DNA of 62,921 bases, filler included, from Reticulomyxa filosa (lineage: Eukaryota; Protista; Foraminifera), in NCBI GenBank assembly GCA_000512085.1. It is 20 parts of 20 records of this genome, joined end to end, with 100 filler letters (N's around TTAATTAATTAA, not from the genome) between each part and the next. Parts side by side here need not be neighbours in the genome. Positions count along the whole stretch, not along the records: positions 12,119 to 17,156 come from ASPP01044787.1; positions 17,257 to 22,616 come from ASPP01020857.1; positions 22,717 to 24,245 come from ASPP01025644.1; positions 24,346 to 26,495 come from ASPP01035473.1; 16 more parts are not named here. One strand, 5' to 3'. Under the pieces are notes generated by a model. It saw only the letters and a program-made list of their open reading frames with translations, was not told the DNA's origin and did not search any database. Positions 12,019 through 24,689 of this stretch are shown piece by piece. The stretch's first letter is position 1; each line of letters begins with the position of its first letter. Both the position numbers and the translations under genes were made by a program.

Positions 12019-12118
12019 NNNNNNNNNNNNNNNNNNNNNNNNNNNNNNNNNNNNNNNNNNNNTTAATTAATTAANNNNNNNNNNNNNNNNNNNNNNNNNN
12101 NNNNNNNNNNNNNNNNNN

Positions 12119-15100
12119 TTGTTGTTTTTTGTGAAGACGGAAAAAGCATTTTTTGGACGTTTTGAGAGACAATACATTTCATATACTGAGTCACTGTCTC
12201 CGTCCAACTTTGAAAAAATAAGCGCTTTTAAAAAGTCTTTGTGCGACTACTACGGTCTCTCCGGAGAAATGGAGCTACTCGAATTGTTTTGCGGATTCAA
12301 TGATGATACAATTCCTTCGGCCATTTCCTATTTCCTACTGCACAAAGCTCAATCGCAAAGTGATGAAAAACAAGACGAGACAGAGCAATTAACAGAACAG
12401 TTACTGGCATTGTTCTACCCACTTCGCCATCCAGCCAAAATTGCCAGCTTGGCAATGTGTTCGCCTCCTCGAAATGTCGACTACACGAATCAATTTTTTG
12501 ACACATTTGTTGAGTGTCTTCTATTTGTAGTACTCTTAAGCTATCCACAAAATAAAATGAAATAAACAAACAGGAACAAGTCGTGAACGCCGCAAAGAAA
12601 AATTGCAATAAAGAAATGTTGTTAATTTTGACATGCGATTTGGAATATAGCTCCTTCCAACGCAAATGGAGTAGTAAGCGTATAAGTGACTATATGAAAG
12701 TAAGTCATCTCGAAAAAGATGTCACAGACTTTTTTGAGAGTTCCAAGAAAAAAAAACTCATCTTGCAATATCAACATAAGAGCAAGGATTTGACGCAATT
12801 TTTTCAAATCAAGTGTATTCTCGAAAGTGCCTATTTGTATTACGAGAAACCTACAAATGAAAAATTGGTTGTTCTTATTGTTCATAATATTATGGGACAA
12901 CAACATCCATTCCCTATCATTTTTTCAAAGTTAAACATATCCTTTTTTAACTTTTTTTTGCAAAATAATAGAAAAAAATCATTGATATTTTTGGAAATGT
13001 TTTGAATAGAAAATGGAAACTTGCTTTTGTAGATTCCTTAACCAGTTTATTGCCAATGAAATTGAAAAATTTGATCACAACAGATTCAACAGTTGTGGTT
13101 GATCAGTATTCCTCGTTTGAGCACGTTCGTTTTTTTTATCTTTTCATTTGAATATATGTCGAAGCCACTCTTTTTTTTTTTAACATTTACGTTTAAATCA
13201 GATGCAAAGACTGATACAACGCGCCTTTTTTTATTTGGAATTCCCGTCTTCTCTCAGCTCTTCATTTGAATTGAAAGCTGATCTATTGCCCAAAGAGATT
13301 CAAGATCTGATGATCAGGAGATTGAAATTGGTATTGGAAAAAAACATTCCTGCTAAGTGTGTCATCAACGAGATTAAAAAGAAAGCTGAGCAGTCCGTGA
13401 AAAAAGAACAAAGTGAACCTCAGCCCGGTTTTATTCAAATCTATCAAACTATTGCAGATAATCTAATTATCTTGGGATGGATCAGGGTACTTTTGTCCCT
13501 TTATGAAAATTACTACCTCCAAGTTTTTATTTGTTTCTTTGGTTACGAACATATGAAAAAAAATGAACAAACTCAAAAAAATATACACAAAGGCAATATT
13601 TTCGGTAATAAAAAATAAAGTCGATTCAAGACAACAATTAATAGATATTTTTATAGCAGGTACCAAAAGTGAAGTATTGGTTCCATTGTTTGATGAAGAT
13701 GAGATAACTGATCGAGAATTGCATTTTTGGAAAGTAAAAGTATGCTATCAAGCATGTTTCCCATTCAGTTGGAATTTTCACATGTGGTGTCTTGACAAAC
13801 TTCAAAACATTGCAAGGAAATTCAATAATGATATTGCGAATGTAGAGCCGATTGGCATTAATGATAAGGTATTGAAAACTGATGCTATCTTGAAAAGTAA
13901 TTTCAGTGGAGATGATGGAAATGTTTTTCTGTTATTAAATCGATGCAGTTTTAAAAACTGTGGGTTTTATGTAAAGGATGTGATCCGTGGAAAGTTTCAC
14001 GCTTATTTTTCAATGGAAGACAGCGATCAAATAGCTGAAATTCTCAAAGGCATTGTATTGTATATAGTTCAAATAATTATTGGTAAGGACATTCCTGTGA
14101 ATATCTCATCCATTGAAACAATATTGTATTATTTTGAGAATATCATTACCAAGTATGTGCAATTAGTGTTTCTCTTCAAAGATACAGCTGTGGTGATATC
14201 GGACATCAAGGAAATATTGTCGAGTTATGAATTGGTAATGCCTTTGGAGCAATTGATCAAGATCACGTCTATCATGTGCGAATATTTCTTAACCCACAAG
14301 CCTTCAAAAAGCGAATTAGAGGACTTTACTCTCAAAATGACAATTGCACGTCACTCAACAATAACCATTCTCAAGTTTCTGCGCCAACAACAATATACTG
14401 AAGTTCAAGTCTATCAAGATTTTTTGTCAGTATGTCGACAACTCCATATGGAGACCCTAATCATCAAACATTTTGTAAAAGGTGTTGTAAGCTCAACCAC
14501 AAATGATAATGACAATGATTTTGAGGTAAAAGAAGAATTTTTAAAAGATTCCAATGTCATTCCTAAGATAATCGAGTCTGCGGCCAAATATATCATTCCT
14601 CCTCTTTCCAACAAGGCTCACAACTGCCTTTATTTCATTCGTGATTTGTTACGTGCCGTTGAAAGCATTGAACACATGGAGGAGTCTGATAACCAAAAAA
14701 CATTCCAATGTGCCATCCAAACACTATTTGATGAACCACAAAAGTTTGTTGAGTTATCTTTGTGGAGATATTTACTCAAGTCTCAATATTTGGAAGTATT
14801 GGTACGAAATCAATGGTTGCATATTTTAAAATCTCCCGAAGCTTTCATTGATGTGGTTCGTGTTTATGAAAAATTATTTGTGGACACTGACTTCAAAAGA
14901 AATATACTTGAGCAAGACAGTTATGATGCAAATCAAAAAATCGCAGTAGTTGCAAAATTAAAAGTTCGATTGACGAAGCGCATGTATTTGTTTTTTGAAA
15001 ATGCAATAATGACCGAAGAAATGTTAAAAAAGGACAAAATGAAATCGATATTTTACAATATTTGTAAAGATTTATTATATTTCAGAAATAACCGAGACAA

Positions 15101-17156
15101 ATTTGGCGATTCTTGGAACGAATATTTACATCATTTACATCAATGGTTTTTAAGAGAATGCTATATGTTGAAAGGTGTCAATTGGACAAAACAATTCTTG
15201 ACACAACTATTGATTCGACAGCAATTCCCTATCTTTGTTAACCAGGAACTGAGCAATGTCTTCTCTGAATTGCAATGGCAATGTAGCAAGGACCAGTTCG
15301 CACAGCCATTTAATGCAGCATTTCGAAAAAGGTACAATTATTTCGAAGAGAAATTAACAGCAGGTGATTACAATTGTTACAAAGAGGACAAACAAGATAT
15401 TCCTCCTTTATTAATCGCTGCACTTTCCATATCAATCTCTGTCTCTCAATACGAAACATTACCAAGTTACGTGTAACATAAACACACATATATAGTTATG
15501 TGGATAATCCAAGAAGTAATAACCTGTATTTATGTTATTTGTACAAAATAGAGATCTTCACATTTTTACAAAATCTGAATTTCATAAGTTCAAGAGTGGA
15601 GCAGTCATTTGTAAATAAAGTACTGTCAACAAATTCACAGACAACAATGTTTCATTCGTCAAATTTTAAAGATATGACTGATGAAACCATTACCCGTCTT
15701 TGTTTTCATTGGTTGGGTACTCTGCAAATTACGAAAAGTTCTTTATCTGTTATTAGTTTGTTTGTTTGTTTATTTTTGTGAAAAATGGGAATTCACTATG
15801 TTTGAATTGATTATTACAGATAATCCATTCAAAGTATTGTTAACTGATTCCAACAAATTTGAAAGAGAGCGCAAACCAGGTGAGAAGCCCAAAAAAAAAG
15901 CACAGGATACAGAATTTGTAATTCGTTATTGTTCAAATGGACATCCCTTTTTTGTAAAGAAATACCAGAGTTATCGCAAGGAGATTAAATGTCCAGATCC
16001 TTGGTGCAATGCATTGACTAACAAAACGAACACAACATCAGACAAAAAAATTGTGATTGAGTATGTAAATAAAAAGAATTATTTTCTGTTTGTTTCAAAG
16101 TTATAAAACGCAAATAATTGTGTGTGAATGTAAATCAATAGTGAAAATAAAGAAAACACAACGATGTCTCCATTAATTTGTACATTGTTGCAATTGTTAT
16201 ATCGTTTGACATTGCTATTGAGAGACATAGATAAATCGAAGGAATCGATATTTTATCTATGGAAAAAAGCGAAAGGAAAATTCCTATTGCTATCCAAAAT
16301 GACGGAGATGAACGAGGAACAACTTTGTATGGCCTTGCATGAGTGGCTGTGTGAATTTCCTCAATGGTTCAATAAAACATATCCCAATGAATTAAATAAA
16401 GTGGATTTGCAAAGTATTAATCAATTTGAAAGCAAAATTGAAGAACAGTATTCCCAATTTTTCAAACATTACAAAGCATCACATTTTTCACAAAAGATAC
16501 AATCCATTTCGAATATGCTCGATTGCGAAACCAAAGAGGAACATACTTCATCTGATCGTTTCATGTCTCAAATGTTTTTAGAGATTCGTCTTGTATCATC
16601 CACTAATCTGTTATACAAATTTTACAGCAAACCGGAATTGGCGAGTGCATATCCATTGCTCTTTAATATGTTGAAATCAATTGATGATCTTGAATGTGTC
16701 AAGTGCTTACCTGCCATTGGTCAATGGATGAAACATTGTCATATGCAATTTTCTGGAAAACTGACACAGTATCAACATAAAGAAAAAACTGTAAGCAGTG
16801 TTATCGATAATTGCAACAATACAAAACTCAAAAAACATTGGAATCAATTTATTAAAGGATGGAATAGATTAAATGGCCGAGAACTGAACATTGGGTCAGA
16901 CACTGTCATAATTCCAACCTTATCTCAAGATCCTGGATGTGTGTCTCTAAATCATTGTACCTCACGAAAAGACATACCAGGAAGATATACTGTAGCAATG
17001 ATTGAAATACTGCAAGATAGCAACAACAACTTTCTGCAAAGTATTCGTTCCTATCGCAGAAGATTAATCAAGGATGAAGAGAAGAAAACGGAAAATAATG
17101 ATAACCCTATGATTATTTCCAAATCTCTGTTTGATATCTCCAATCAAGATATTATT
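12119..17156 (+). CDS. RNF213/mysterin-like giant AAA+/E3 protein, internal multi-exon fragment (E3 module region with degenerate RZ finger)
   Basis: Collinear motifs recalled from RNF213: WKLAFVDSL (cf. WQSVHIDDL), CFPFSW, VAKLKVRL..WFLRECYMLKG, YCSNGHP..C....C, SPLICTLLQLLYRLTLLL, YPLLFNML..L..VKCLPAI. Long ORFs are separated by short GT-AG introns. Confidence 0.72.
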
Positions 17157-17309
17157 NNNNNNNNNNNNNNNNNNNNNNNNNNNNNNNNNNNNNNNNNNNN
17201 TTAATTAATTAANNNNNNNNNNNNNNNNNNNNNNNNNNNNNNNNNNNNNNNNNNNNCAGAATTTTCAAAAATCATTTGAAAGAATGTTGATTTAATCCAA
17301 AAAAAAAAA

Positions 17310-17472
17310 AAAATTATTAAAAAATCAATATCATATTTAAAAACTACAATACTTGTAGATATTTTTTTTAAAATAAAAAAAAATTAGGTCTAAATGTTGA
17401 TTTTTCATTGATAAAATCAATTATCATCATAAGATATGTTTTATGGTTCAGTTTTCTTTGTAACATACTGTA
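17310..17472 (-). mobile_element. Dispersed repeat family 1, copy 2
   Basis: Reverse complement begins TA|CAGTATGTT and contains CTACAagtatTGTAG. The body points toward the contig break at 17257. Confidence 0.7.
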
Positions 17473-17600
17473 TTTCCAGTACTCTTATTTCATTTTTTAA
17501 GCTGATATCCCATATTCTAACTGTTTTATCAGCTGAAGCTGAAACAAGTTTTGCATCATTGGCGAAAACATAATATTATGCACTTCATTGCAATACTTTT
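17473..17600 (-). pseudogene. WD40-repeat gene fragment
   Basis: Minus strand reads VFANDAKLVSASADKTVRIWDISLKNEIRVLE and is cut off at the repeat terminus. There is no intact ORF upstream. Confidence 0.7.
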
Positions 17601-18301
17601 AATGGTCCAAAATATCTTGGTATCTCGTGATTCCACAAAAGAGTATTTCTTCCTTATACGCCAGAAGTTGGGCTGTTTTGAGTTAGGACTGCAAAAATCG
17701 TAAAGGAGGCAAAGATGGCAAAATTTCAAAGGGAGATGTCATGTTCAAAGCTAGGGTTTCTGCTTTTATAATACTTTTCTTCATTTCGATACAACTTCAA
17801 TACAAAATTTGATGACTTAAACGCAAAGGGGTTGAAACAAAAATTCTGTCGAACGAAAACATGTGTTTGTTACTTTATAGTTTTTATTTCTTACAATTCT
17901 TATGTAACACAAGATAAAATTGAAGAAAGAAAAGTAATGCAATATTTGTCAGAGAAAGCACTTTTTCGAAGAAAGATGTAATTTCTCTGAACACATTGTT
18001 TTTTTTATATTGTGTTGTCTCTCGAGTAGTTTCTCTTGAGTGTTAAAAGACGTTGTCGAATCCTCGTCGTTTAACTTAAAAAGCAGTGTTTTTTTTTTTG
18101 GACAAAAGTTCGACTAAGGGGGGGCAAGTGGATAAACGTCACTATCGTACTTTTTGGCAGTGGCCTATATTGTGTTGCACTATACAATTTTTTTAAAAAA
18201 ATATTCGTTGATTTTCATTGAAGATCTTGTTTTAGGAATTATTATTTTTTTCATCATTTTTTTTTTTGTTTTCTCGAAAGAACACTTTTGTTCGTGAAAA
18301 G

Positions 18302-18859
18302 ATGTTTCGCAATTGTATGGGTGGTGAGGAATTTCAAGCAGATGTTCGGTTCCGTGGCAACAAGACAATGCGTTTCCGCAAGCAGCAGTCTTTGGAGGAC
18401 TGGGTGAAGACGCAGAATTGGGGCGAGAAAGACTCGAGCAATATCTTGAGCTCACTGAGAAACGAGGGCGTGGAACAGACGAGTCATTTGTTGGAATTGA
18501 CCGAGTCAGATTTGAAAGACATAGCAAAGGAAGGGAATTTGAACATACTCGTCCGCCGCAAGTTGATTGCAGCAGTGCTCGACTTCCAAGACGAGCACGA
18601 GGAGACAAATGAGAGCGATACATCGATGGAAGGGATTATGGCAACACCGACACCGTCTTCGATCGTCGTGGCAGCAACAGCAACAGCAACGACGACGGCA
18701 AATAAGAGAAGAAATACTACGTATACGTATCCACATGCACATGTTACTGCAGCACGTCGAAGTCAAGCACGTCTCAAAGCGACCCTCCGACATAGTTCAA
18801 AGCATAACCAATCACTGTCAGGTGTCAAGGAAGGAAAAGCAGAAGCCCGTGACAATGGC

Positions 18860-18894
<35 letters not shown>

Positions 18895-19260
18895 TCCAAT
18901 TGAGATACCCTCCTGTAGTATCCATGGGTCTGCTCCTCCTTTCCACGTTTATCACTCCAGCACGAAGCATTGCATGACGAAGAAGACACTCTCCAACGAA
19001 CACCCAAACGTAGGAAAGTCGTCATTGTCAAAGTGGAACCCAAAGAGACCAAAATCTATGACGAGCTCGTTCAGAAGTGCGAATTTTTGGAAAACACCAT
19101 CCAACAATTGGAACAAAAGCAACCCCAACAAATTACTGTTGACGATGCTTCGTGTCAAAGTAATGCGTTTAAAAAAAAAAAAAAAAAATTGTTTCTCTCG
19201 CGCAAAAGCGCGAAATGAGAATATGTGTATTCTTCTCTCAAATACAAAAATTATTTTATT

Positions 19261-19296
<36 letters not shown>

Positions 19297-19650
19297 ATCA
19301 TGTGAAGAGAATAACGGAGTATTATGATGCAATGATCAATTACTTATTGAAACGGAAAGAAAGGGACTTGGAAAAACTCGAACGGATGTATTCGTACAAA
19401 AAAAACTTTGACACGAAAGTGATGGAACAAATGGTGATACTGTCCGAGCAGTGCCAGCAAGCAATTGATCAATACAACAAAGCGCTCGAATACCCCGAAG
19501 GGATCAACGACACCATGCGTCGACAAGTGCTCTACGATTTTTACGACCACACACAGCTGCAAAGTATCCACATTCCCATTTCAAATGATCCTGAAGCTTA
19601 CAAGGATACTCTTCACATTAATAATAATAATAATAACAATAATAATAATG

Positions 19651-19708
<58 letters not shown>

Positions 19709-20243
19709 TGAAAAAAAAGCAATGTTGGAACTAACCATTGACAAAGAACTTGTCAACGTCGAATTTCAATTTCAAATCGAATATGAACAAGGCTGCCAAG
19801 AGTTTGTGAAAAAAGCTTCGTTTGTGCAAATCAAAGGCGAAACAAAATCAACACAGATCAATGCGGTCCCAGCCGCAGTCGCAGTTGCTCTCGGCCAAAC
19901 GGACCATTGCGACAATACGAATGACAATAGCAATGGCAATAACAATGGCAATGAAATCGACTCCAAAAGCAAAGGGAAAATAAGCATCAAAAGTAAGAAC
20001 AAAAGCAAAGAAAAAAACGATCCAGCGCCACCAAAGTTTGAGGCTATTGGGTATGGCATTGTGCACAAAGGTAGCAATGAAGAGCAGACGGTGACTGACG
20101 AGGAAAGTAAGCAAGAGCATCTGGCGGACAAAACAAAGGACGATAAGCAAGAGCTTGAGAGTATCGAAGGGTCGATTGTCCACAGTGGTAAACAGAATTT
20201 TTTTGTTTTTTTGTAAGATTTTTCTTTTCGTGTTGAATTTTAT

Positions 20244-20282
<39 letters not shown>

Positions 20283-20918
20283 ATTGATTGGTTGATTGGT
20301 TGATTGGTTGAAATAGAAATAAAGGCGGTGTTGGATCACAATGGCCCAGTGGATTGCTTCAGCGCACAAGAGGTATCATCATTTCTACAACTCACAAACA
20401 ATCGCAGTACAGTGAAGTCAGGCCAAACCGAGGACTGGACTTACCATCAGGTCTTTGGAGAGGTTGTGGTGGACGACAAGGTGGGACGCTATTATTGGAG
20501 GATCCGCACCGGAGAGTATTTTTATGGACGCTTGGCCATTGTCGACTATGGCAACTTGAATCTTGCCGACTATTCGTTTGAAGACACGCTATTCGAATAT
20601 CCACACGCAAGTGGCTGCGGGAGTGTCAGCGGATGGTACGTCGGCACGCACTTTGGCGATGAGTGCGGCTCGCTTTCCATGTTCTTCAATCCGAAAGAGG
20701 ATGTTCAAATCTATGTCGACATCCCCAATGGAAAAGCATATTTCGAAAACTTGGCTACGTCTCTGAAAGTTGAAGTCCCGTTGCCTATTTTCACTAGAAA
20801 GGTCAAATTGGTCGTCGAATGCATTGTGCGGTCTTGTGCTTGTGAAGCTACTATTGTTGACTCAGGCCAATGGAATCTTGATGCCAATACGCCTTTGCTT
20901 GATTCTAAGCCACTCTAA
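18302..20918 (+). CDS. Protein with N-terminal SAM-like domain, poly-Asn tracts, coiled coil and C-terminal SPRY/B30.2-like domain (multi-exon)
   Basis: SAM-like: SLEDWVK..LRNEGVEQTSHLLELTESDLKDI..LNILVRRKLIAAV. SPRY-like: LQLTNNRSTVKS..VFGEVVV..GRYYWRIR. There is an unresolved frame change near 18900-18970. Confidence 0.55.
20243..20310. repeat. (TTGA)n/(TTGG) intronic microsatellite
   Basis: Tandem tetranucleotide repeat just upstream of the acceptor of the SPRY-like exon. Confidence 0.9.
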
Positions 20919-22012
20919 ACTACTTTGTTTCACACTCACAACTCTCTTTCAATGCATTTTTGTTTGTTTTTTTTATAAGTTGGTTTACATACACATTACA
21001 TACACATATTTGTTCCATTTTCGTTTTTGTTGTTGGCTGTTTCATTTGTTTAGTTTGTTTTTTTTTTTGTAGCGATTTAACATTGTTCTTTGAACTTGCT
21101 CCTTTTTTCGGTTACTATTTGTGTGAGACCTATTTGAAAGATGTCACAACACCTTTTCTTTGCTTTGCACTACTATCAAATCTACATTACGTTCACAAAA
21201 GTAGCGCGAGCACAATAAAATGCAAAGAAGATGAATTTCAACATTTGCTTATTTATTAAATTTAATATTTTTTTCAGTAGAGAACAAAGTCTATCCATTA
21301 TCTTATTGTTCATTTATTTTAAATTTGCTTTTAGATTCATATAATTTTTTTAGATTGTTTTTAATTTTAAATTATTTGTCGTAATGTGGTGTTTTTATAA
21401 TGTTATTAAAAAAAAGTGAAGTTGTATAAACATTATGACAAATCCAACAACAAAATACCTAACAAAATTGTAAAAATAGGCGAGCTAAAAGCTTTACAAA
21501 TTAAACAGCAAGAAAGTGGTACGTTTTATATTGCAAAAAAAATTGTAAAAAAAATTAAATTAAATTTAAAAAAACATAGAAAGACAAATAAATACATTAA
21601 AATCACCAATCATTGGAAACACTTTAGACATAAAACAATAAACAACCCTGGCTAAAAATATGTTTAAAAAATATGAAAATATGTAATCTGATTAAGTAAC
21701 GATTTTCTTGGATGGATAAGTAGTTTGTGTTGACGATATTATCAATAGTTTGTATCACGTTGGACATTTGACAGCATTGAGCAAAACGAAAAATCTACAA
21801 TGTCTTGCTTTAAGGCGCATACAATAGAAAGCATAAAAAAGTCTCAACAAAATAAAAGTCAAGATTATTGATATAGTGAAGAAGGGGGGGGGGGAAAAAG
21901 AGAGAAATTTCTGTAAAGTTTGTTTAAAAGTTGAACAAAGAAGGGCGTTTTCCCCCTTCCTCCTTCACATTAAGGTGGTAGTGTTGAAAGTTGCGTATAG
22001 AATAGGGAAAAA

Positions 22013-22577
22013 ATGGGACAATCGCATTCAGGAAAATCCCCGACAAGGGAGGAAAGCAAGCGAGAGTCGAAGCAGGAAGAAAGCGATTCGAAAGAAGAAG
22101 AGAAGACAGAAGAAGTGTTGACGAACCAGGAGATGGGTCTGTTGGATATGATATTCAACGAAATGGCGATGCGAAGTCCAACGGACAAGATCGACTACGA
22201 TACGTTTATGGATTTTTTCGAGTTGCCGGGCGTGTTGGGAGACCGTTTGTTTAAGATCTTTGACGCACATGGAAGAGGAGTGATAAATTTTGAGGACTTT
22301 ATATTGGGTTATAAAAAGTTTGCGAAAGGGAATTCGGAGATGAAGTTGCGAATGTTATTTTCGCTATTCGATTTGGGAGACACAGGAGGTATAACAAGAG
22401 AGGAGTTGCGAACAGTGTTACTGAGCATAGTGACCCCACCGACACGATTTCTAGAGAAGCAAGCAACAGAAAGCGGATTGCGAGTGCAGCCACCAATCGA
22501 AGCAACAAGATCAATGTTATCAATTCCAAATGTGGGATTATCATCATTATCACCATCACCAAGTACAATATCATTAG

Positions 22578-22616
<39 letters not shown>
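22013..22616 (+). CDS. N-myristoylated EF-hand protein, 5' part (calcineurin-B-like N-terminus as in CDPK7/USP32-type proteins)
   Basis: MGQSHS myristoylation motif; LPGVLGDRLFKIFDAHGRGVINFEDF and LFSLFDLGDTGGITREEL EF-hands. Truncated in an (AAT)n repeat at the contig end. Confidence 0.8.
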
Positions 22617-22759
22617 NNNNNNNNNNNNNNNNNNNNNNNNNNNNNNNNNNNNNNNNNNNNTTAATTAATTAANNNNNNNNNNNNNNNNNNNNNNNNNNNN
22701 NNNNNNNNNNNNNNNNTTTTCTATCTTTGATTGAATTACAATAATAAAACATAAAATAG

Positions 22760-23761
22760 TTGACAGCATACGTGATGATGGATAAAAATAAAATGTTAAT
22801 AAAAATGAAAGAATTGACATTTGAAGAACTTTTTCGTCAAACTCATAATTGTTTAGAATGGAAAGACTTGCAAAAAATAAAAAATGAAAATGCAAAGTTT
22901 AAATTGTTTAATATGAAGAATAATATGATTGAATCAGACGAGGCTGTAAGGAAAGAATTTGAAAATGCCGAACCTTCATTTCAATTACTTTGGACTCCAG
23001 AAATAATTGGAAAAACAAAAACAATAAAAAATGCATTGGTGGTAATGATTGGCATAAGTGAATATATTGATAACAAGACATGGAGTAATCTTCCAAATGT
23101 GAAAAAAAAGGATGTCAAAAATTTTAGGCAATTGTTTGAACAAGAATTGAATTATGAATTTGTATGCAACAAAAAGTTCAAGATGGAAAAAGAAGATGTT
23201 GAAGAATATTTGACAAATGTAAAGGACAGTCATAAACTTCACAAAAATAAAAAAAAGTATGATGCATTGATAATGATAATATCAGGACATGGAGATGAAG
23301 GAGATGTATTGGTAACAAGTGAGGGAGATAAGATCTCAGTTGATGAAATTCAGGCATCCTTTGGTTGCAGACAAATGAAAGCTTTTAAAGATTATCCTAA
23401 AATACTTATCATTGATGTATGTCGTGGTAATGTTAATCCTCAAGAGCCATGCAGTCGAATAAAAGGAAAAAATGAAAATCAACAAAATAATTCACACAAT
23501 GGCTATGGCTTTTTAGTGATATGGTCAACAACGAAAGGATATCAGGTCAATGATTCAGCATTTTTCAGTGAAAGTATGAGAAGTACAATTGTTTCAAATT
23601 ACAAAAGTGGTTGTTTTTTACATCAAATGTTACAAGAAATCAAGAGAGATGTTACCAAAAAAACTGGTGGAGCATATTACTGCGTGGAAAGTCAAGACAC
23701 CACTGCTTATGACATTATATTTCAACAAAGGAAATCTACTTTTTGTATAGGAAATATGTAA
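22760..23761 (+). CDS. Caspase-like cysteine peptidase (clan CD, C14), possibly 5'-partial
   Basis: NALVVMIGISEY first strand, catalytic His in ISGHG, catalytic Cys in IIDVCRG, p10-like FLVIWSTTKGY..SAFFSE. The ORF is uninterrupted. Confidence 0.88.
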   Translation: MTAYVMMDKNKMLIKMKELTFEELFRQTHNCLEWKDLQKIKNENAKFKLFNMKNNMIESDEAVRKEFENAEPSFQLLWTPEIIGKTKTIKNALVVMIGISEYIDNKTWSNLPNVKKKDVKNFRQLFEQELNYEFVCNKKFKMEKEDVEEYLTNVKDSHKLHKNKKKYDALIMIISGHGDEGDVLVTSEGDKISVDEIQASFGCRQMKAFKDYPKILIIDVCRGNVNPQEPCSRIKGKNENQQNNSHNGYGFLVIWSTTKGYQVNDSAFFSESMRSTIVSNYKSGCFLHQMLQEIKRDVTKKTGGAYYCVESQDTTAYDIIFQQRKSTFCIGNM

Positions 23762-24345
23762 GCCACTTTGAGATGTTTCTTGTGTTTCTCAATAGAATCA
23801 ATTAAGTACTTTATCTCTTACGTCCTTCTTTTCAAAAATATTTTTCAGAGCTACTCCAATTTTAATGATAAAAAAACTCCTTTTTTTTTTTATATATCTC
23901 TCAAACCCTTTTCAAACATGTACATTTTTCAATGAAAGTAAATAATTGAATATTGCTCGATTTGTAATTCTTAGACCGTTTGGTTCAGTGTTTCCTTTAC
24001 AATTATAAAAGTTCAAATTTCTTTTTCATCTTTTAAGATCGATTAGCATTATTTAAAAGAGTTTGAAAGCATGAAGAATAAAAAGCTGCCAAGTTCAACA
24101 CTTTTGGTAAACTTTGTCCAAATATTTCGGCAATCTCTTCGTTTTATGTACATACATAATGATTTGTTTTTTTTTTGACGAGTTAGCCAAAAACAAAGAT
24201 AAAAATAATTATTAAAAATTGGATTCGAATTTTAAATCTGAAATTNNNNNNNNNNNNNNNNNNNNNNNNNNNNNNNNNNNNNNNNNNNNTTAATTAATTA
24301 ANNNNNNNNNNNNNNNNNNNNNNNNNNNNNNNNNNNNNNNNNNNN

Positions 24346-24689
24346 CTGCTCATGTGCCATGGGGAGGTACATCGTTTGTTAACGCCATTTGTTGCGTCTA
24401 CGATGTTGTGAAACGAAATGCATCAAAGCCTATTGTCCTTATTTTTTTGACTGATGGCGCAGATTCAGATAATGGGGCTTCTGAACTCTTAGCAGAAATC
24501 AAAATATTTTGTTCCAATGGATTTCATTTCTTCCCTTGTATTCTCAGCACAGAGAAGAGCTCTACTTTAGATAAGATGGCAAGCACAGTTGGTGTAACAG
24601 TAAAAGATAATTTGGATGCAAATGGTTTGGAAACCCATTTTATTGGAATTGCAAAGAAACTTACCAATATTTCATTTACCCAAGATTAG
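24346..24689 (+). CDS. von Willebrand factor A domain, C-terminal fragment
   Basis: GGTSFVNAI and IVLIFLTDG MIDAS-associated motifs. 5' truncated by the contig start. Confidence 0.8.
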
